From a bacterium (lineage in GTDB: Bacteria; Patescibacteriota; Minisyncoccia; Minisyncoccales; GWA2-46-15), in assembly GCA_030693425.1 (NCBI GenBank), contig JAUYAM010000004.1, positions 23,163 to 87,162 of the forward strand: DNA of 64,000 nucleotides, in the 5' to 3' direction. Positions 59,538 to 64,000 of this stretch are shown in pieces. How positions within the stretch are numbered: position 1 is the first letter of the stretch; every line of letters starts with the position of its first letter. The notes beneath the pieces were generated by a model, which saw nothing but the letters and a program-made list of their open reading frames with translations, had not been told where the DNA came from and ran no database searches. A program made the position numbers and the translations under genes.

Positions 59538-61136
59538 ATGCTGACTTTTTTTCGGAAAATTCCTCGTAAAACAATTACGGAAATCGTGGTTTTGGCGGTT
59601 CTTCTCTTTTGGTACGGCTTTTTTTTGTTTCATAAGATTGATTTGACGACGGCCGATTTGGGCAGGCATTTAAAGAACGGTGAGCTGGTTCTGGAAAACT
59701 TTTCTTTTGAAAACCCGGTGTTAAAAACCAATTTTTATTCCTATACCCAGCCGGAATATCCGGTAATCAACCATCACTGGCTGAGCGGGATAGCGTTTTC
59801 TCTTGTTTTTAAAGCAGCCGGTTTTGTCGGCGTTCATTGGTTTTTTATCATTCTGTCATTCATAGCTTTTTGGTTGTTCTTTCGCCTGGCGAAAAAAGAA
59901 GCGGGATTAGAAGTGGCCGGCATTTTGTCTTTATTAATCATTCCTTTGATTTCAGAGAGGACAGAAATCAGGCCGGAAGTCTTCAGCTATGTTTTTTGCG
60001 GCGTGTTTTTAAATCTGCTCTGGGAATATCGGGAGAACCGCCTTGGCTGGAAAAAACTTTTGTGGCTGCCCCTGCTTGAAATTTTTTGGGTCAACCTCCA
60101 TCTTTATTTTTTCTTAGGCCCGCTTCTTATCCTTATTTTTCTGATTGAAATGATGTCACGTCTTTTTCACGGTCGTGAAAAAGACGTGACCAGAGGTTTG
60201 CCGATAGTTTTTTTTCTGACTATTTTGGCAACTTTAATCAATCCCTTCGGTCTTCAAGGAAGTTTGGCTCCTCTGAGCATTTTTAATAACTACGGTTATC
60301 GCCTGGTAGAAAATCAATCAATTTGGTTTTTGGAAAAACTTGGTTTTGTCGTTAACCCGAATTTCCTGCTTCTGAAAATCGCCTTATCCGTTTTATTATT
60401 GAGCTTTATTCTGGCCGCCAAAGCCAACTGGCGGCGGATTTCTCCCGTTAATGCTTTTATGGCTTTTGGTTTTACCGTTGGGGCGGTTTTGGCTCTGAGA
60501 AACTTTACGGTTTTTGCTTTGTTTTTCCTGCCCCTTGTTGCCGCCAATCTTAAGGTTATCGGAGAAAAGGTTAAATTCCCATCGGAGATAAAACTCGATT
60601 TTTTCTCCTTGCCACGCAGCTTTCTCCTGGCCGTTTTGGGAATAGCCATTTTTGCCCTTTCATTGGCGGCGCACCAATCTCGGCTTTCGGCAAAACCTTT
60701 CGGGCTGGGGCTTTTTGACGGAAACGAGCAATCGGTTCAGTTTTTTACCAGTCAGAGCTTAAAGGGCCCGGTTTTCAACAATTATGATATCGGCGGATAT
60801 CTCATCTTTTACCTTTTTCCGAAAGAAAGAGTGTTTGTTGACAACCGGCCCGAGGCCTACAGCAAAGAATTTTTTGAGAAAGAATATATTCCCATTCAGG
60901 AAAACGAGTTAAGGTGGCAAACAGCCCAAAGTCAATACGGTTTTAACGCCATCTTTTTTGCCTGGCACGATGCCACTCCCTGGGGCCAGCAGTTTTTAAT
61001 AGAGAGAGTAAAAGATAAGACCTGGGCTCCGGTTTATGTAGATGATTTCAGCATCATTTTCTTAAAGAGAAACGAGCAAAACCAAAAAATCATTGATAAA
61101 TTCGAACTGCCAAAGGATTATTTTAAAGTAATTTGA
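59538..61136 (+). CDS. Large polytopic membrane protein, possibly GT-C type glycosyltransferase
   Basis: 532 aa with more than 10 TM helices and a C-terminal soluble domain. It overlaps the downstream GT2 gene by 4 nt. Confidence 0.35.
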   Translation: MLTFFRKIPRKTITEIVVLAVLLFWYGFFLFHKIDLTTADLGRHLKNGELVLENFSFENPVLKTNFYSYTQPEYPVINHHWLSGIAFSLVFKAAGFVGVHWFFIILSFIAFWLFFRLAKKEAGLEVAGILSLLIIPLISERTEIRPEVFSYVFCGVFLNLLWEYRENRLGWKKLLWLPLLEIFWVNLHLYFFLGPLLILIFLIEMMSRLFHGREKDVTRGLPIVFFLTILATLINPFGLQGSLAPLSIFNNYGYRLVENQSIWFLEKLGFVVNPNFLLLKIALSVLLLSFILAAKANWRRISPVNAFMAFGFTVGAVLALRNFTVFALFFLPLVAANLKVIGEKVKFPSEIKLDFFSLPRSFLLAVLGIAIFALSLAAHQSRLSAKPFGLGLFDGNEQSVQFFTSQSLKGPVFNNYDIGGYLIFYLFPKERVFVDNRPEAYSKEFFEKEYIPIQENELRWQTAQSQYGFNAIFFAWHDATPWGQQFLIERVKDKTWAPVYVDDFSIIFLKRNEQNQKIIDKFELPKDYFKVI

Positions 61137-61822
61137 TGAAAAAACTTTCTGTTATCATTCCGGTTTTCAACGAAGAAAAAACGATTGTTCAAGTGATTGA
61201 GCAGGTTTTAGCGCAAGAAACAGGGGAGTGGCAGAAAGAAATTGTTGTTGTTGACGACGGTTCGACGGACAGTACCGGAGAAAAACTGAAAGCGTTTTCC
61301 GGCCGGATAAAAGTTTTCCGACACGGAAAGAATCTAGGAAAGGGAGCGGCCTTGCAGACTGGCTTTACCGCTGCCACCGGGGAAGCTGTCATTATTCAGG
61401 ACGCCGATTTGGAATATGATCCCGCCGACTGGCCGAAAATGCTGGAAGAATTTGAGAGAGACGAAAAGCTAGTCGCCGTCTACGGGTCGCGCGAGCTTAG
61501 CCCAAAAAGAAGAGGATATTTCCATTACGTTTTGGGCGTGAAGTTTTTAAGTTTTTTAGTAAATCTTCTCTTTGGCTCTCACCTGACTGATGTTTACACG
61601 TGCTATAAGCTTTTCCGGACAGATTTTCTCAGATCGCTGAAACTTGAAAGCAATGGTTTTGAAATAGAGGCGGAAATCACTTGCAAAACATTAAGAGCAA
61701 GAGGTAAAATTAAAGAAGTCCCGATTGGCTATTTCCCGCGCCGGTTTTCTCAAGGCAAGAAAATTCGCGTTCGAGACGGCTTAAAAGGCGCTTTCAAGAT
61801 CGTTAAATTTCGGTTCAGATAA
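61133..61822 (+). CDS. Glycosyltransferase family 2 (polyprenol-phosphate sugar synthase-like)
   Basis: Contains LSVIIPVFNEE, VVVDDGSTD and IQDADLEYDP. Confidence 0.8.
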   Translation: MMKKLSVIIPVFNEEKTIVQVIEQVLAQETGEWQKEIVVVDDGSTDSTGEKLKAFSGRIKVFRHGKNLGKGAALQTGFTAATGEAVIIQDADLEYDPADWPKMLEEFERDEKLVAVYGSRELSPKRRGYFHYVLGVKFLSFLVNLLFGSHLTDVYTCYKLFRTDFLRSLKLESNGFEIEAEITCKTLRARGKIKEVPIGYFPRRFSQGKKIRVRDGLKGAFKIVKFRFR

Positions 61823-61855
61823 AAATAATTTAATCTTTAAATCAAAAATTAAACA

Positions 61856-62761
61856 ATGAGAATAATTGAACAAGACAATTTCAAGTGGATTGATATTTTA
61901 AAACCAGACAGAGAGGCGCTCGATTTTTTGAGGGATAATTTTAATTTTCACCCCCTCATTTTAAAAGAAGCCCAGCAGCCGACGCTCCATCCTATGGTTG
62001 AGCGCTACGAAGATTATCTTTACCTAATCCTTCACTTTCCGGATTTTAACCATAGCGCGAACCGTTGGATCCAGACGGTTGAAATAGACTTCTTGATCAC
62101 CCGAGATGCTTTAATTACTATTCGCTATCAGGATTTCGTTGATTTTGAGGAGATCTTTGATCTCGCCCGAAAAGATAAAATTAATTTTTTTGGTCAGAGT
62201 ACCGGTCATCTTTTCTACCACTTAGTAAGGGGCATTTTTGCCAAGATGCATCCTGAAATCGATTATTTCAAGACAGAGATTGACGAGCTCGACAGTCAAA
62301 TCTTTCAGCAGTTTGAGGAAAAGTATCTCGAGAGAATTGCCTGGCTCAAACGGCAAATTCTGAATTTCATCCGTGCGATTAAATCCCAAAAAGGGGTTTG
62401 GGAAACTCTTCCTTTAACAGCTTTCGGGTTTTGGGGACGAGAGCTGAAACCGTACTTCTCTGATTTGGTCGCGGATTACAGCCGCCTTCTCAACGTGGTC
62501 GAAACCAACAAAGAAGTGGTTGATTCCTTGTATTTAACCTTGAGTTCGATTCTGGACAATAAACAGAATCACGTGATGAGACTTTTGACCATTTTCACTG
62601 CGATCATCCTTCCCTTATCCCTTTTTGCGTCGGTCTACGGAATGAATCTGATCAATCTTCCCCTGGCAGGGCATCATTTAGCATTTTGGTTTTTCCTTTT
62701 TGGCATGATTACAGTCACGGTTTTAATGCTTATTTATTTTCGCAGGAGAAAATGGTTTTAA
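61856..62761 (+). CDS. corA: Magnesium/cobalt transporter CorA
   Basis: 301 aa with the YGMN motif (SVYGMNLINLP) and two C-terminal TM helices. Confidence 0.85.
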   Translation: MRIIEQDNFKWIDILKPDREALDFLRDNFNFHPLILKEAQQPTLHPMVERYEDYLYLILHFPDFNHSANRWIQTVEIDFLITRDALITIRYQDFVDFEEIFDLARKDKINFFGQSTGHLFYHLVRGIFAKMHPEIDYFKTEIDELDSQIFQQFEEKYLERIAWLKRQILNFIRAIKSQKGVWETLPLTAFGFWGRELKPYFSDLVADYSRLLNVVETNKEVVDSLYLTLSSILDNKQNHVMRLLTIFTAIILPLSLFASVYGMNLINLPLAGHHLAFWFFLFGMITVTVLMLIYFRRRKWF

Positions 62762-62808
62762 GCAATGACTTGATTGACCTTCCGAACAGTTTAGGGTAAG
62801 TTAAATTA

Positions 62809-64000
62809 ATGGCAACCAAGACGAAAACGGTCAAAATTAAGGGGAAAGCGAAGACAGCGATGATTAAAAAGAAGGAAAGCCCGATCCAAAAGCCCGAAAA
62901 AGCCGAGGTTTTGAAAAAAGACGATCTTAAGCAAAAAAGAACCAGAATTAAAGTAATCGGCATCGGCGACGGCGGATCGGCCATTGTTGCCGATCTGGCT
63001 CGAGAGCTTAAAGGCATTGATTTCTGGGTGGCCAATACCGATTGGCGGAGGCTCCAGAGATATCCTTCGGCAGTCAAAATACTTCATTTTGGAGAAAAGC
63101 ATACTCGGGGAATGGGAACCGGCACCGACCCCGAAATCGGCAGACAAGCGGCTTTAGCCGACAAGGAAAGGATCGCCAAAATCCTGAAAGGCAGCGATCT
63201 TTGTTTTTTAATATCTTCGCTTGGAGGAGGTACGGGATCCGGGGCGACGCCGGTTTTCGCTAAAATCTGCCAGCAGGAGAATATTCTTACTTTCGGGATT
63301 TTCACTCTTCCGTTTAAATTCGAGGGAGAAAAGAAGATAGAAATCGCCAAAGATTCTCTTGAAAAAATGAGGGCGAATTTGAGCACCACCCTGATTTTCC
63401 CGAACGAAAAGATTTTTCAAAGCCTGGATAAAAATATTTCTTTCAACGAAGGTTTTTCAGCCATAAACAAGGTTTTGTCCGAAGGCCTTCAGGGATTGAT
63501 CGGCCTGATTTTTCAGCCGGGATTGATCAATATCGATTTTGCCGATCTAAAAACCATTCTCGAGGGAAAGGGAAAGCCGGCTTATCTGGTCAATGCCGAA
63601 TTTGGAAAAGGCGCCAAGATTGAAGAAATCAGAAAGAAGATTTTCCAGAACGCCTTCCTAGCATACAGCTTCCGCCACGCTCGGGCCGTTCTTTTTAATA
63701 TCGCTTCTGACAATAACTTGGCTCTCGGCGAGGTTTCCGAAATCAGCCAGATGGTTTTCGGCGCAGTTCACCCCGAAGCCAAAATCATTTTTGGCATAAG
63801 TTTTAACAATAAACTTTTAGGCAAAATCAGGGTGACGCTTTTGGCGATCGGCGGCAGGGAGAAAATCTTTTCTTCAAGCGAAAAGAAAAGAAAGGTCAAG
63901 ATCCGTAAAAAGAAAGAGAAAAAGGGCCTTGACGGCGGGAAGGGAAAATCAGAGCAAGACAAGATAGAGGTGAAAATAAGGAGAAATGCCCTTCAGGTGA
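62809..64000 (+). CDS. ftsZ: Cell division protein FtsZ (3' end beyond window; absent from ORF track because no stop is reached)
   Basis: Hand translation gives IKVIGIGDGGS, GMGTGTDPEIG, the tubulin signature LGGGTGSGATPVFA and PFKFEG. The frame is open to the window end. Confidence 0.9.
   Translation, partial: MATKTKTVKIKGKAKTAMIKKKESPIQKPEKAEVLKKDDLKQKRTRIKVIGIGDGGSAIVADLARELKGIDFWVANTDWRRLQRYPSAVKILHFGEKHTRGMGTGTDPEIGRQAALADKERIAKILKGSDLCFLISSLGGGTGSGATPVFAKICQQENILTFGIFTLPFKFEGEKKIEIAKDSLEKMRANLSTTLIFPNEKIFQSLDKNISFNEGFSAINKVLSEGLQGLIGLIFQPGLINIDFADLKTILEGKGKPAYLVNAEFGKGAKIEEIRKKIFQNAFLAYSFRHARAVLFNIASDNNLALGEVSEISQMVFGAVHPEAKIIFGISFNNKLLGKIRVTLLAIGGREKIFSSSEKKRKVKIRKKKEKKGLDGGKGKSEQDKIEVKIRRNALQV

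Noticed and set aside
1-64000. Search for CRISPR arrays, transposases, integrases, reverse transcriptases and known defence genes.
   Set aside because: I found no spacer-repeat periodicity. The only tandem repeats are 7-nt tracts of 4-5 units. No ORF has recombinase, transposase, RT or nuclease-defence motifs that I could recognise.

Overview
This is a 64-kb chromosomal window that uses the standard genetic code: TGA terminates secF at 4657-4659 and the yerC-like gene at 12724-12726. It is compact and mostly housekeeping. An intron-riddled 23S rRNA with LAGLIDADG genes, short divergent core proteins, many NUDIX and house-cleaning enzymes, and no large biosynthetic operons fit a Candidate Phyla Radiation/Patescibacteria-type bacterium; this assignment is inference.

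Gene content, left to right:
- 3' end of an rrn operon: 23S with three group I introns, then 5S
- secD, secF
- a sigma-region-4/HARE-HTH protein
- a membrane protein plus VirD4/TraG-like ATPase pair
- pgk, a RecJ-like DHH protein, RNase HI, a methyltransferase
- a yerC/TrpR-like gene
- a GC-rich radical SAM/SPASM gene pair
- an aminotransferase
- RNase P RNA (minus strand, not in the ORF track)
- murJ, lepA, an ftsB-like gene, tRNA-Gly
- NUDIX genes
- an ABC-2 transporter with duplicated permease pairs
- CYTH, glycosylases, hpf, nitroreductase, AlkD-like, YbaK-like, AlkA, rarA, dgkA
- an ArmA/Rmt-type 16S rRNA methyltransferase homologue
- tgt
- a 1200-aa subtilase/FG-GAP/dockerin-like protein
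- tRNA-Thr, an aminotransferase, ASCH, MgtC-like
- prfB (programmed +1 frameshift), ftsE, ftsX
- tRNA-Gln followed by a low-GC accessory stretch
- a queuosine-salvage DUF2419 gene, RdgB-like, SDR, rlmN, GerMN, GT2, corA
- a 3'-truncated ftsZ that is missing from the ORF track

Most interesting observations:
- Three separate insertions are each bracketed by a diverged direct copy of the end of the adjoining native gene, and no integrase is visible in the window. The copied ends are the rnpB 3' end plus terminator at 12186-12232 and 16205-16253, the tgt 5' end at about 35400-35604 and 39329-39533, and the tRNA-Thr 3' end at 39606-39620 and 39918-39931.
- One of these segments carries a GC-rich rSAM/SPASM gene plus a SPASM-only partner. 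This two-gene cassette is flanked by inverted repeats and has no recognisable precursor peptide.
- Three group I introns lie within about 160 nt of mature 23S rRNA, and one of them splits the sarcin-ricin loop.
- A four-copy, roughly 33-nt palindromic motif punctuates a run of short ORFs at 49971-51195.
- A strongly signalled 30-codon ORF ends in a TGA that is followed by an in-frame extension and a hairpin resembling the fdhF SECIS element.

No CRISPR array, transposase, integrase or recognisable defence system was seen.
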